Below, piece by piece: positions 53,301-63,633 of a stretch of DNA of 64,000 bases. This DNA is from Malacoraja senta. Taxonomy: Eukaryota. The stretch lies in assembly GCA_038087875.1 (NCBI GenBank), contig JAXLNO010000170.1, forward strand, positions 1 to 64,000. The letters run 5' to 3'. The notes below the pieces were generated by a model. It did no database searches, had not been told where the DNA came from, and saw nothing but the letters and a program-made list of their open reading frames with translations. The position numbers and the translations under genes are program-made. Within the stretch, counting starts at the first letter, position 1; each line of letters opens with the position of its first letter.

Positions 53301-56300
53301 TGCATCCACTGGCTCTCATTTTTTCATTTTCCTAGTTACGTCCTCAAAAAATTCCAGCAGATTAGTCAAACATAATTTCCCCTTCGTAAATCCATGCTGA
53401 CTTGGGCCGATCATGTTACTGCTATCCAAATGTGCCACTATTTCATCTTTTATGATTGACTCCAGCATCTTCCCCACCACCAATGTCAGGCTAACTGGTC
53501 TATAATTTCCTGTTTGCTCTCTCCCCCCTTTCTTAAAAAGTGGGATAACATTAGCTACCCTCCAATCCACTGAAACTGATCCTGAATCTATAGAACATTG
53601 GAAAATTATCACCAATGCGTCCACGATTTCTAGAGCCACTTCCTTAAGTACCCTTAACTTTCAATGAGGTCCCCCCTCTAATCCTTCTAAACTCCAGCAA
53701 ATACAGGCCCAGTGCAGTCAGATCATGGCAGCTCATGGAACAGTTTGCCCAAGACAGCAACAAATTGTGGACAGTTGTGGATGTCACCCAGTCCATCACC
53801 CAGTCCAGACTCCCCACCATCGACTCCATCTACACTTCACGCTGCCTCGGAAAAGCAGCCGACATAATCAAAGACTTGTCCAGAAGCTTGAAAGCGGACA
53901 CCAGACTCAGGAACAGCTTTTCCTGAGCAATTTTTTTTTAGCTTATCCAAAAAGAAGTTCCTCCTCATCTCCTTCTGAGAAGAACGTCCTAAAATTCTGA
54001 GGCTCTGACCTCTGGCCCGAGACTCTCCCACCAGTGGAAACATCGTCTCCACATCCACTCTATCCAAGCCTTTCATTATTCTTACTTCAACTTGTGTGAC
54101 AAACGTACCCATTATCCAAAGCTGAACGTGCCGAATGATCCGAGCGCGTAGATTGATGGACAGTCTATAAAGGCCAGCATCTGCGGAGGTCAGATTACTG
54201 AAGACAAATGAGCCATTGACAGGGTTGAAGTGGATGTGCCCATTGTATTTTTGTATTAAGGAATGTTTTGGAGATCCAACATGGAACTGGAGAACGTGTG
54301 CCGTGGTGGTCTGATTCCCTGAGCGTTTGTCAATTTTTTCCCATTGGAAGACCCGAGTAATATTCATGATCTCTTCCTCCACACCGAGAAACATCGCCGA
54401 GCTGCCAGGTGTCCGGTAAATCTCTGCTGCATCTTGTGCTGTAAAATATATTTAGAACATCGGATCAGGTACATGGCAACTCTTCCAACCTCATCTACTG
54501 TATCCGCTGTTCCTGATGCAGGTAAAGCAAGGGTTAAACAGACTATGCCAGCTAAAATGGAATTCAGTTTAGTTTGGATTGGAGATTCAGAGCGGAAACA
54601 GACCCTTCGGCCCATCGGGTCTGCGCCGACTAGCGATCCCCGCACACTAACACTATCATAGAATCATAGAGCGATACGGTGTGGAAACAGGCCCTTCGGC
54701 CCAACTTGCCCACAAAGACCAACATGTCCCAGCTACACTAGTCCCACCTTCCTGCATATCCCTCCAAACTTGTCCTATCCATGTACCTGTCTAACTGTTT
54801 CTTAAACCAGCTTGTTCCATACACTCGCCATCCTTTGTGTGAAAAAGTTACCCCTCAGATTCCTATTGAATCTTTTCCCCTTCAAACTTGAACTTATATC
54901 CTCTGGTCCTCGAATCCGCTGCTCTGGGCAAGAGAATCCGTATATCCTACACACACTGGGGGTTAATTTACAATTATCCCAATTAAACCGAAGTTCTCAG
55001 AGAAAACCCACGCAGGTCATGGGGAGAATGTACAAACTCCGTACAGACAGCACCCGTGGTGGGGATCGAACCCGGGTCTCCGGAGCTATAAGTGCTGCAA
55101 GGCCGCTGCTCCACCGCGCAACTGTTCAGACCTCAGCTAAATTAGCAGCAACGTATTTCAAAGCCTGCTTAGGAAAACAAGTAGATGTTTTAGAAGAATG
55201 CTCAGGCTAACTTTGGACGGCACAATGGCACAGCGGCAGAGTTGCTGCCTGTTGTTCTTAGAGACTTATTATATTAAAACATGCTTCTACCATTCGCTTC
55301 ACTTTTGGGAAGAAAAAAGAGCTTCAAGAATTAAAGAACTTCAAGAGATAAAGAGTTTCAAGAGAGAATCCTGCATATATTTTGTTACATTTGTGGACTC
55401 CTATACATCGGCGACCCCAGCGCAGGCTCGGCGATCGTTTCGCTGAACACCTCCGCTCAGTCAGTCTGCCTAAACCGACGAGATCTCCTGGTTGCCAAAC
55501 ACTTGCCGACCAGCGATCCCCGCACACTAACACTATCCTGCACACACTAGGGTCAATTTTACATTTATACCAAAGATAATTAACCTACAAACTCTTTGGA
55601 GTGTGGGAGGAAGCTGAAGATCTCAGAGAAAGCCCACGGCGGGTGAACGTACATACTCCGTACAGACAGCACCCGTGGTCAGGATCAAACCCGCGTCTCT
55701 GCAGCCGTGAGGCAGCAACTCTACCGCTGCGACATGCAGATGTAGAAATGTCAAGAGCGTTGCTCATCTAGTCGCGGGTCGGGGGAGTGGATGAGGTTCT
55801 GGCCTCTGCAAACTAACATCAACCCTATGATCAGAAAATGGCCACAGTTTTAATGCCCCCTCCCATTCCCACACTGACCTTTCTGTCCTGGGCCTCCTCC
55901 ACTTTAAACCACTTGAGTGAGGCCCAGCGCAAATTGGAGGAACAGCACCTCATATTTCGCTTGGGCAATGGTCCAGATGGTCCAGAACTAAATGTGTTTC
56001 AAAAGAAACTAATGGACTATGGGTTAATAACTGGAAAAAAGCTAATTCTAAAATTTTGGAAGAAGGCTCCAATACCAACTATAAATATGTGGATTTCAAA
56101 TATGTTTGAAACATTACACCTAGAAGAGATAAGACTCCTCCTAGCAGGTAAACCAGATCACTTCCACCTGACGTGGTCTGCATTTATAGAATTATTACAA
56201 ATATAGGGTGCAAAAGTACTTAAAAAAAAAAAATTGAGGTCAGGTAAGGGGGGATGATAGTTGAAGAGTTGGTATGTGTCATTTACATAATGCTCATAAA

Positions 56301-59300
56301 AATATTTGTTTCTCTCTTTTTCCTCTTTCTCTTTCTCTTTCTTTTCTAGGGTCTATTCCTTAACTCTTTTTCTTTTGTTTTTAATTTTGCTCTTATAGGG
56401 TCTTCGTCCTTTTTTGTTGTCACATTTTCTACACTTTCACTTTTTCCTTCACTTTCTTCTTTCTTTCAATCTTTTCCTTTTCTAGTGTAAAAAATAAATG
56501 GAGTACATTAATTGTAAGAAGATATAAATGACGAGTACTAATGTATGTGGTTGTAATGTAATGTACTTCTAATAAATAATTATTTTTTTTTTTAAATAAA
56601 AAAAATATTTCGCTTGGGCAGCTTACACCCCAACGGTATGAACATTGACCTGCAAATTTAAGTAGCCCTTGAAACCCAAGTAAGTCTCTCTCCATCCCTC
56701 CCCCACCCTAGTTCTCCAACTAGTTTCACTGTCCTCCTGATTAAATATTACTGATTGTACGCCTCATTGTCGTCTTCCCCTCAGCTAACAATGAACCATT
56801 CTACATTTCCTTGTCAGCACCTTGCCCTTCCATATCTCTAGTCTCCCTCTCCCCTGACTCTCAGTCTGAAGAAGGGTCTCAACCCGAAACGTCACCCAAT
56901 ACTTCTCTCCAGAGATGCTGCCTGTCCCGCTGAGTTACTCCAGCACTTTGTGTCTATCTTCGGTGTAAACCAACATCTGCAGTTCTTTGTTTCTACACTC
57001 CAGGTTTCAGGGTTAATTGGCCCTATAAATTGTCACTAGTGTGTAGGGAGTGAATGCGAAAGTGGGCTAATGTAGAACTAATGTGAAGTAGGGTGATCAG
57101 TGGGCCGAATGGCCTGTTTCCCTGCTGTATCTTTCTATCAAAGAACACCGACCTGTTATGGTCTTGACTCACCACAATCTTTTCTGTCTATCTTTGGTTT
57201 AAACCAGCATCTGCAATTCCTCCTTACATGTCAAAGTTCTCTGAGTTGATAACATCTACCTTATCCCAATGCACGGGTTATTGTTAAATTAGGGTTTGGA
57301 ATTTTTGGGAAGACTTGCGAGATCCAGAATCATAAATGATAGGAACAGAATTAGACCACCTGGCCCACCGGGTCTACTCCGCCATTCAGTCATGGCTGAT
57401 TAATCTTTCCCTCTCATCCCCACAGTTATAGAGTGATACAGCACGGAAGCAGGCCCTTCGACCCAACATCTTGGCGACCAAGATGTTGTACCATGACCAT
57501 GTACAGCACCACATACCTACCTGTCCATGCGACCATGTACCTACCTGGCCAGTCTGAAGAAGGGTCTTGACCTGAAACCTCACCCATTCCTTCTCTCCAG
57601 AAATGTTGCCTGGCCCGCTGAGTTACTCCAGCATTTTGTGTCTATCTTCGCAACGAAGATGTTAGTCCCATTTGCCCATGCCTGGACCTTTCCTATCCAT
57701 GTAAGTACCTGTCAAAAGATACAAACTGCTGGAGTAACTCAGCGGGGCAGGCAGAACAGGGCAAGTTGACGTTTCGGGTCGGGACCCTTCTTCAGACTAT
57801 CCATGTTCTCCAGAGATGCTGCCTGACCCGGGAAACCAACATTTGCAGTTTAGTTTAGTTTAGTTTAGAGATTCAGTACAGATAGAGTCCCTTCAGCCCA
57901 TCGAGTCCTCGACGACCAGCAATTCCCGCACACTGACACTATCCTGCACACACTAGGGTCGATTTTACATTTATACCAAAGCCAATTAACCTTCAAACTC
58001 TTTGGAGTGTGGGAGGAAGCTGAAGATCTCGGAGAAAGCCCACGGTGGGTGAACGTACAAACTCCATACAGATAGCACCCGTGGTCAGGATCGAACCCGG
58101 GTCTCTGGCGCCGTGAGGCAGCAACTCTACCGCTGCGACATGCAGATGCAAAAATGTCATGAGCGTTGCTCATCTAGTCGCGGGTCAGGGGAGTGGATGA
58201 TGTTCCGGCCTCTGCAAACCAACATCAACCCTATGATCAGAAAATGGTCATGTTTTCAACGTCCCCTCCCATTCCCACACTGACCTTTCTGTCCTGGGCC
58301 TCCTCCACTGTCAGAGTGAGGCCCAGCGCTAATTGGAGGAACAGCACCTCATATTTCACTTGGGCAGTTTACACCCCAGCGGTATGAACATTGACTTCTC
58401 TAACTTCAAGTAACCCTTGCTTTCCCTCTCTCTCCATCCCTCCCCCACTCTAGTTCTCCAACTAGTTTCACTGTCCTCCTGATTAAATATTACTGATTGT
58501 ACACCTCATTGTCACCTTTCCCTCAGCCAACAATGAACCTTTCTACATTTCCTTGTCAGCACCTTATCCTTGCATATCTCTAGACTCCCTCTCCCCTGAA
58601 GAAGGGTCTCGACCCCGAAACATCACCCATCCCTTGTAACATGTTGGCCAGGCTCTGTGGCATGGTGTTGGAATGCTGAGGTAGATGACAAGTCTTGTAG
58701 AGAGCACAGTGGAGATTTGCTGGATTATATCCAGCTTCTAGGTATTGCTATTGAATAAAGATTAACAAAAAGAGAGGGGGGGCACGATGGCACAGCGGTG
58801 GAATTGCCGCCTTACAGCACTTGCAGCGCCGGAGACCCGGGTTCGATCCTGACTACGGGCGCTGTCTGCACGGAGTATGTCCTTGTTCTCCGTGACCTGC
58901 GTGGGTTTTCTCCGAGATCTTCGATTTCCTCCCACACTCCAAAGTCGTGCGGGTATGTAGGATAATTTGATTGATGTATGTGTAATTTGTCCCCAGTGTG
59001 TGTAGGATGGTGTTAATGTGCGGGGATCGCTGGACGGAGCGGTCTCGATGGGCCGAAGTGCCTGTTTCCGCGCTGTATCTCTCAACTAAACTAAAGGGAG
59101 GGTTAAAAGTGAGAAAATGCCAAGTCATAAAAGGGGCAAGACGCAGGATAGTTTGAAAATACTATCCTGTGAAAACAGTTTGATATTTTTTGATTAGTAC
59201 GCGTGTCAGAGGTTATGGGGAGAAGGCAGGAGAAGGTTAATTGTAGGTTAATTTGTGTCTGTAAATTGTGTGTAGGGATAGAAGTGTAGAATAGGATAGG

Positions 59301-59673
59301 ATCGGTGGAATTCTTTGCCACAGAAGGCTCTGGAGGCCGTTAATGGATATGTTTAAGGCACGGATAGATAGATTCTTGATTAGTACAGATGTCAGAGGTT
59401 ATGGGGAGAAGGCAGGAGAATGGGGTTAGGAGGGAGAGATAGATCAGCCATGATTGAATGACGGAGTAGACTTGATGGGCCCAATGGCATAATTCTACTT
59501 TCACTTATGACCTTATGACCTTATGACCTATGATCATCCTTTAGACTTGAGAGATACAGAGTGGAAACCGGCCCATCGAGTTCGCTCGCTGCCTCCCTCT
59601 CTCACTGTAACTTACCTTGTATGAACGAAACACAATAATGCAGGGTGCTGAGGTAGAGAAGCCAATTAAACAT
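34304..59673 (-). CDS. Spliced gene (10 coding exons, 428 aa): signal peptide-IgV-IgC2-5TM cell-surface protein (CD2/SLAM/CEACAM-like ectodomain on a CD47-like pentaspan)
   Basis: Exons 59673-59616, 54438-54109, 48833-48576, 46741-46625, 45168-45064, 42892-42767, 42678-42583, 39146-39048, 36940-36894, 34354-34304. All are flanked by AG/GT, the first eight introns are phase 1 and the last is phase 0. Total 1287 nt with no internal stop. Protein: MFNWLLYLSTLHYCVSFIQ/AQDAAEIYRTPGSSAMFLGVEEEIMNITRVFQWEKIDKRSGNQTTTAHVLQFHVGSPKHSLIQKYNGHIHFNPVNGSFVFSNLTSADAGLYRLSINLRARIIRHVQLWIM/ERLSNPSIWSNGSSPGATIQLDCNVKGDARRYQWQKDGIDIPHPHLVEGNRSLVLPHVARKDCGIYTCTVSNPVSSVSAEYILTIH/GLHRMDIVVIVASIVGIIFSTMSLIGLLVLCITGKELVQ/ASLKQHKRLLLLLFSSNTISLVAICIALIFWIVIR/GPASVSVVASCTASVLLVFNLSLTITVWNLGCQCIAGLLDST/GLRAWMDVCGIVSSFLVLVTSIVTLFEEIQQS/NEGCYVTILTWSILVPLFVIVVIIFFAFFAVWY/AGNEDTNNKANIEEQP/EEMQLNNINPEDEAGN*. 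Confidence 0.85.
34651..35535. mobile_element. PIF/Harbinger-type MITE inserted in a SINE head; contains (TG)n microsatellite 35303-35432
   Basis: TIRs AGGGCCTGTCCCACTTAGG / CCTAAGTGGGACAGGCCCT with 3-bp flanks TGA/TTA. The SINE resumes at 35536. Confidence 0.85.
36894..36940 (-). CDS. Ig-5TM gene exon: short cytoplasmic tail exon
   Basis: Acceptor tttttctttacag, donor CCG|GTAATT, 47 nt, converts phase 1 to phase 0. Encodes AGNEDTNNKANIEEQP. Confidence 0.7.
37825..38400 (+). mobile_element. Penelope-like element GIY-YIG fragment interrupted by a CR1 3'UTR
   Basis: ORF 37987..38235 contains IGETKRRLGDRFAEHLRSVRLDLPDLPVAKHFNSPSH; the upstream part reads CICCSRCGLLYI. Confidence 0.8.
39048..39146 (-). 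CDS. Ig-5TM gene exon: extracellular Cys loop + TM5
   Basis: Acceptor ttttttatttcag, donor TATG|GTGAGT, 99 nt. Encodes NEGCYVTILTWSILVPLFVIVVIIFFAFFAVWY. Confidence 0.88.
41026..41900 (+). mobile_element. GC-rich non-autonomous retroposon with (CTAT)n tail inserted in a CR1 3' end
   Basis: CTGTGG is duplicated at both ends; AATAAA at ~41869 is followed by (CTAT)n. Confidence 0.65.
42583..42678 (-). CDS. Ig-5TM gene exon: TM4
   Basis: Follows an 88-bp intron (42679-42766). Acceptor ctctgcaccccacag, donor GCA|GTAAGT, 96 nt. Encodes VCGIVSSFLVLVTSIVTLF. Confidence 0.82.
42767..42892 (-). CDS. Ig-5TM gene exon: TM3
   Basis: Acceptor gttattctag, donor ACAG|GTAAGG, 126 nt. Encodes VSVVASCTASVLLVFNLSLTITVW. 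Confidence 0.82.
45064..45168 (-). CDS. Ig-5TM gene exon: basic cytoplasmic loop + TM2
   Basis: Acceptor tttgtttctccacag, donor AGAG|GTATGT, 105 nt. Encodes KQHKR then LLLLLFSSNTISLVAICIALIFWIVI. Confidence 0.85.
45723..46150 (-). mobile_element. Rex1/Babar-type LINE 3' fragment
   Basis: YTSRCLGKAADIFKDLSHPSHSFFSPLPSSRRYRSLKARNNRLRNCFF peptide. Confidence 0.75.
46625..46741 (-). CDS. Ig-5TM gene exon: TM1
   Basis: Acceptor ttttattttgcag, donor CAAG|GTATTT, 117 nt. Encodes IVVIVASIVGIIFSTMSLIGLLVLCI. Confidence 0.88.
47270..47800 (+). mobile_element. Rex1/Babar-type LINE 3' fragment
   Basis: KKAHQRLYFLGRLRKF and KDQSHPGHSLFSPLPSGKR...RFKDSF peptides. Similar pieces lie at 39590-39985 (-) and 53725-53925 (+). 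Confidence 0.8.
47853..48146 (+). mobile_element. V-SINE/HE1-like SINE, full length
   Basis: GGCACGGTGGCACAGCGGTAGAG...GGTTCAATCC...CTAAACTAAA. Further copies at 1360-1640, 8900-9226, 21388-21685, 46170-46468 and 58781-59094. Confidence 0.85.
48576..48833 (-). CDS. Ig-5TM gene exon: IgC2/I-set domain
   Basis: Acceptor tttctccaccag, donor CACG|GTAAGT, 258 nt. LDC...YQWQKDG...NRSLVL...DCGIYTCTVSNPVS matches the CEACAM/SLAM/HEPACAM-type constant-domain pattern. Confidence 0.92.
49538..51596 (-). mobile_element. L1-clade LINE, 5'-truncated (RT C-terminal half + Cys/His domain + 3'UTR + polyA)
   Basis: KISLYADD, FGQFSGYRINWNKSE, GRINAIKM, GGLALPN and CDKC...HTFANC motifs. One frameshift near 51335. 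Poly(T) on + at ~49537-49548. Confidence 0.93.
52110..53655 (-). mobile_element. CR1/HER1-type LINE, 5'-truncated
   Basis: GNYRPVSLT, YLDFQKAFDKVPH and SKFADDT motifs in ORFs 52776..53309 and 53316..53639. Confidence 0.93.
54109..54438 (-). CDS. Ig-5TM gene exon: N-terminal IgV-like domain without the B-F disulfide
   Basis: Acceptor tattttacag, donor ATGG|GTACGT, 330 nt. C-strand W (FQWEK) and NGSFVFSNLTSADAGLY motif, no cysteines, sequons NIT/NQT/NGS/NLT. Overlaps ORF 53837..54394. Confidence 0.9.
55968..56604 (+). mobile_element. L1-clade LINE 3' end with 16-bp TSD
   Basis: DYGLITGKKLILKFWK...ETLHLE peptide resembles the L1 at 49.9 kb. TSD ATATTTCGCTTGGGCA at 55952-55967 and 56605-56620. 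Confidence 0.88.
57912..58630 (+). repeat. Direct segmental duplicate of ~55505-56895, lacking the L1 insertion
   Basis: Same SINE - unique spacer (gagcgttgctcatctagtcgcgggtc...ctatgatcagaaaatgg) - PLE order with identical junctions. Confidence 0.85.
59616..59673 (-). CDS. Ig-5TM gene coding exon 1: signal peptide
   Basis: ATG at 59673 gives MFNWLLYLSTLHYCVSFIQ plus 1 nt, then donor CAAG|GTAAGT (phase 1, typical IgSF leader exon). A pyrimidine-rich acceptor (tttctccgcag) at 59777-59778 suggests the exon starts at 59776 with 5'UTR. Confidence 0.8.
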
Positions 59674-61120
59674 ATCGCCTGGGCAGAAGGTCGTTGTATT
59701 TAACAGTTCCTATGGATCAGCTGTTGGTAGTGGAATCTTCTTCATGTGCAAGGTTACCTTTCGAGCCTTTTATTAGCTGCGGAGAAATGAGATGGGGAGA
59801 GGGAGTTTACATACAGAATAGTGAAAGGCCTGGATAGAGTGGATGGGAGAGGATGTTACCACTAGTGGGAGAGTCTAGGACCAGAGATCATAGAAACATG
59901 GAAACAGAGACAATAGGTGCAGGAGTAGGACCAACACCGCCATTCAATATGATCATGCCTGATCACCCAGAATCAGTACCCCGTTCCTGCTTTCTCACCA
60001 TATGCCTTGATTCCGTTAGCCCTAAGAGCTAAATCTAACTCTCTCTTGAAAACATCCACAGAGGGCACAGCCTCAGAATTAAAGGACGTTCCTTTCGAAA
60101 GGAGATGAGGAGGAATTTCTTTAGTCAGAGCGCGGTGAATCTGTGGAATTATTTGCCACAGGCGGTTGTAGAAGCCAAGTCAATGGATATTTTTAAGGCA
60201 GAGATTGATAGATTCTTGATTACTACGGGTGTCAGGTGTTATGGGGAGAAGGCAGGAGAATGGGGTTAGGAGGGAGAGATAGATCAGCCTTGATTGAATG
60301 GCGTAGATTTGATGGGCCGAATGGATTATTTCTGCTCCTATCACTTAAGACTTATGACCTTATGTGAGAAGGGACTTGGATTTATGAGATTCTACAGCTC
60401 AAAATATTCCAAAGTACTTCACAGCCAATGAAGCTACAATCCTAATGCATTCAAAACAACAAAGAATTTGAGAATAGCAAGATAACATGGACAGCTATTT
60501 GTTTTTATTATTATACATTATTCTACATACATATATTTATTATACAGCGTGGAAACATGCCCTACAACCCGTTACAAAGCCGCGGCGACCAGTGATCACC
60601 CGAATGGCCTATTCCTGCACCTATTGTCTATTGTCTGTTGTATGATTGCGACCTCAGACTTCAGAGATAAAGCGATGAAAGAGGCCCTTCGGCCCACCGA
60701 GTCCGTGCTGGCCAGCGATCACCCCGCACACTAGTACTATCCAACACACACTAGGAACAATTTACACTTTTTACCGAAGCCGAATTAACCTGCAAACCTG
60801 TAGGTCTTTGAAATGTGGGAGCAAACCGAAGCACCCGGAGAAAACCCAAACGGTCACAGGGAGAACGAACAAACTTGGAACACAGACACAGACACACACA
60901 GCACCTGAGGTCAGGATCGAACCCGGGTCTCCAGCACTTTGTGTCTAGCTCCAGAGATGCTGCCCGACCCGCTGAGTTACTCCACCACTTTGTGTCTATC
61001 TGAGTTCCCTTGTCGTCTAACAAGTACTATATAAATGACTTTAAACTTTGAGGAGAAAGTTGAGCCACGCTTTGAGAGATTCCGGGTTAACTTTCGGAAA
61101 GATTGATAGTAAATCTACTT

Positions 61121-61310
61121 GTTTAAGAAGGAACTGCAGATGCTGGAAAATCGAAGGTAGACAAAAATGCTGGAGAAACTCAGCGGGTGCAGCAGCATCT
61201 GTGGAGCGAAGGAAATAGTCAACGTTTCGGACCGAAACCCTTCTTCAGCTTATTTCATTCGCTCCATAGATGCTGCTGCACCCCCTGAGTTTCTCCAGCA
61301 TTTTTGTCGA
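61121..61310. mobile_element. Palindromic Penelope-terminus insertion with 13-bp TSD
   Basis: Inverted arms ACAAAAATGCTGGAGAAACTCAG... / ...CTGAGTTTCTCCAGCATTTTTGT. TSD AGTAAATCTACTT at 61108-61120 and 61311-61323. Confidence 0.8.
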
Positions 61311-61325
61311 AGTAAATCTACTTAC

Positions 61326-61385
61326 CATGAATGGATTTGAAAGTAGTTTCGCCGGTCGCGGGGAACGGAGGCTCCTTATAAAAAC
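61326..61385 (-). promoter_or_regulatory. Candidate core promoter and short upstream first exon of the Ig-5TM gene
   Basis: Non-repeat island with minus-strand TTTATAAG (~61375-61383) about 50 nt before a consensus donor CATG|GTAAGT (61325-61324). It could splice to the acceptor at 59777-59778. Confidence 0.45.
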
Positions 61386-62877
61386 GCAACAGATTTGAAA
61401 GCCTTCCCTCTGTCAGAGATGACAATTTCTCCAGTCAGAAAGGTGCATTGAAACATCGTCGACACACACCTGTACAGGCGTTGCTGGTTCAGTCCAAGTT
61501 TATCTTTGGGTCAGTCGCCACCTACTGGGTCGAAAGGTGTTTGGTTTAAGTTTACCTTGAGATAGACACAAAGTGCTGGAGTAACTCCGCGGGACATGCA
61601 GCTTCTCTGGAGAGAAGGAATGGCTGACGTTTCGGGTCGAGACCCTTCTTCAGAACCAAATCAGAATTGACCTGAAACGTCACCCATTCCTTCTCTCCAG
61701 AGATGCTGCCTGTCTCGCTGAGTTACTCCAGCATTTTGTGTCTCTCTCCAGTGGGAAAGATTGGATAGTCTATCTCTAGTGGGACAGACGGCCACATTAT
61801 TTACAATCAGCTTAACGTGGACTGGTGTAAATGTTTCACAAGAACTACTAGAAGCCGGGGGATAAGTCCTTCCATCCAGAAATCTCCCCACTATAGATTC
61901 AGTCATGGCTCCAATTTGTATTAAACAGTAAAAATACTCACTGGGCGGTAGATGTCCGGGTTGATGAAAGTTGCTCAGATCATTTCTACTTATATATATA
62001 TAGTGGCGCTCCTGCCTTAAGCTCCACCCCGTTGCCGTTAATAGAAAAGCACACACACGGAGATAGACACAAAGTGCTGGAGTAACTCAGCAGATCAGGC
62101 AGCATTTCTGGAGAGAAGGAATAGGTGACCCAGCCAAATTAACCTGCAAACCTGTACGTCTTTGAGATGTGGGAGCATACCGGAGCACCCGGAGAAAACC
62201 CACACGGTCACAGGGAGAACGAACAAACTTGGCACACAGACACACATAGCACCCGAGGGAGCCACGGAGTTACTCCAGCACTTTGTGTCTTTCTCCAGAG
62301 ATGCTGCCTGAGCCGCTGAGTTACTCCAGTACTTCGTGTCTGTGTCTCCAGAGATGCTGCCTGAGCCGCTGAGTTACTCCAGCACTTTGTGTCTATCTGA
62401 GTTTCCTTGTCGTCTAACAAGTACTATATACATGACTTTAAACGTTGAGGACAGTAAAAAAAAGACTCACTTGTTGGTGGATGCCCGGGTTTATAAAAGT
62501 TGCTCAGATCATTTCTACTTATATAGTGGCTCTCCTGCCTTGAGCTCCATCCGCTGAGATACTCCAGCACTTTTGTGTCTACAGAGATGACAATTTCTGA
62601 CACATAATCAGAATGATTCATTGAAGCATCGCCTACACACATACGCAGGCGTCCATTCTTCAGCCCACGTTTATCTTTGAATCGGTAGCTGGTTCAGTCT
62701 TTGTTTCTATCGCTGCCCACAGGGTCGAAAGGTGTTAGGTTTAAGTTTACTTTGAGATTGACACAAAGTGCTGGAGTAACTCAGCGGGACAGATAGCATC
62801 TCTGGAGAGAAGGAATGGGTGACTTCGGGTCGAGGCCCTTCTTCAGACTGAGAGTCAGGGGAGAGGGAAACGAGAGT

Positions 62878-63633
62878 CTGAATGGTGGCCGATTAGGAAA
62901 AGGGGAGATGCAACGAGACCTGGGCATCATGGTACACCAGTCATTGAAAGTAGGCATGCAGGTGCAGCAGGCAGTGAAGAAAGCGAATGGTATGTTAGCA
63001 TTCATAGCAAAAGGATTTGAGTGTAGGAGCAGGGAGGTTCTACTGCAGTTGTACAGGGTCTTGGTGAGACCACACCTGGAGTATTGCATACAGTTTTGGT
63101 CTCCTAATCTGAGGAAAGACATTCTTGCCATAGAGGGAGTACAGAGAAGGTTCACCAGACTGATTCCTGGGATGTCAGGACTTTCATATGAAGAAAGACT
63201 GGATAGACTTGGCTTGTACTCGCTAGAATTTAGAAGATTGAGGGGGGATCTTATAGAAATGTACAAAATTCTTAAGGGGTTGGACAGGCTAGATGCAGGA
63301 AGATTGTTCCCGATGTTGGGGAAGTCCAGAACAAGGGGTCACAGTTTAAGGATAAGGGGGAAATCTTTTGGGACCGAGATGAGAAAAACATTTTTCACAC
63401 AGAGAGTGGTGAATCTGTGGAATTCTCTGCCACAGAAGGTAGTTGAGGCCAGTTCATTGGCTATATTTAAAAGGGAATTAGATGTGGCCCTCGTGGCTAA
63501 AGGGATCAGGGGGTATGGAGAGAAGGCAGGTACAGGACACTGAGTTGGATGATCAGCCATGATCATATTGAATGGCGGTGCAGGCTCGAAGGGCCGAATG
63601 GCCTACTCCTGCACCTATTTTCTATGTTTCTAT
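62878..63633 (+). mobile_element. Young CR1/HER1-type LINE 3' fragment (open frame)
   Basis: ORF 62815..63543 is uninterrupted and nearly identical to the element at 4775-5531. Confidence 0.92.

Noticed and set aside
34304..59673. Naming the gene CD47, CEACAM or HEPACAM
   Set aside because: CD47 has one disulfide-bonded IgV, and CEACAM/HEPACAM have one TM. The architecture fits neither, and orthology cannot be shown from the sequence alone.
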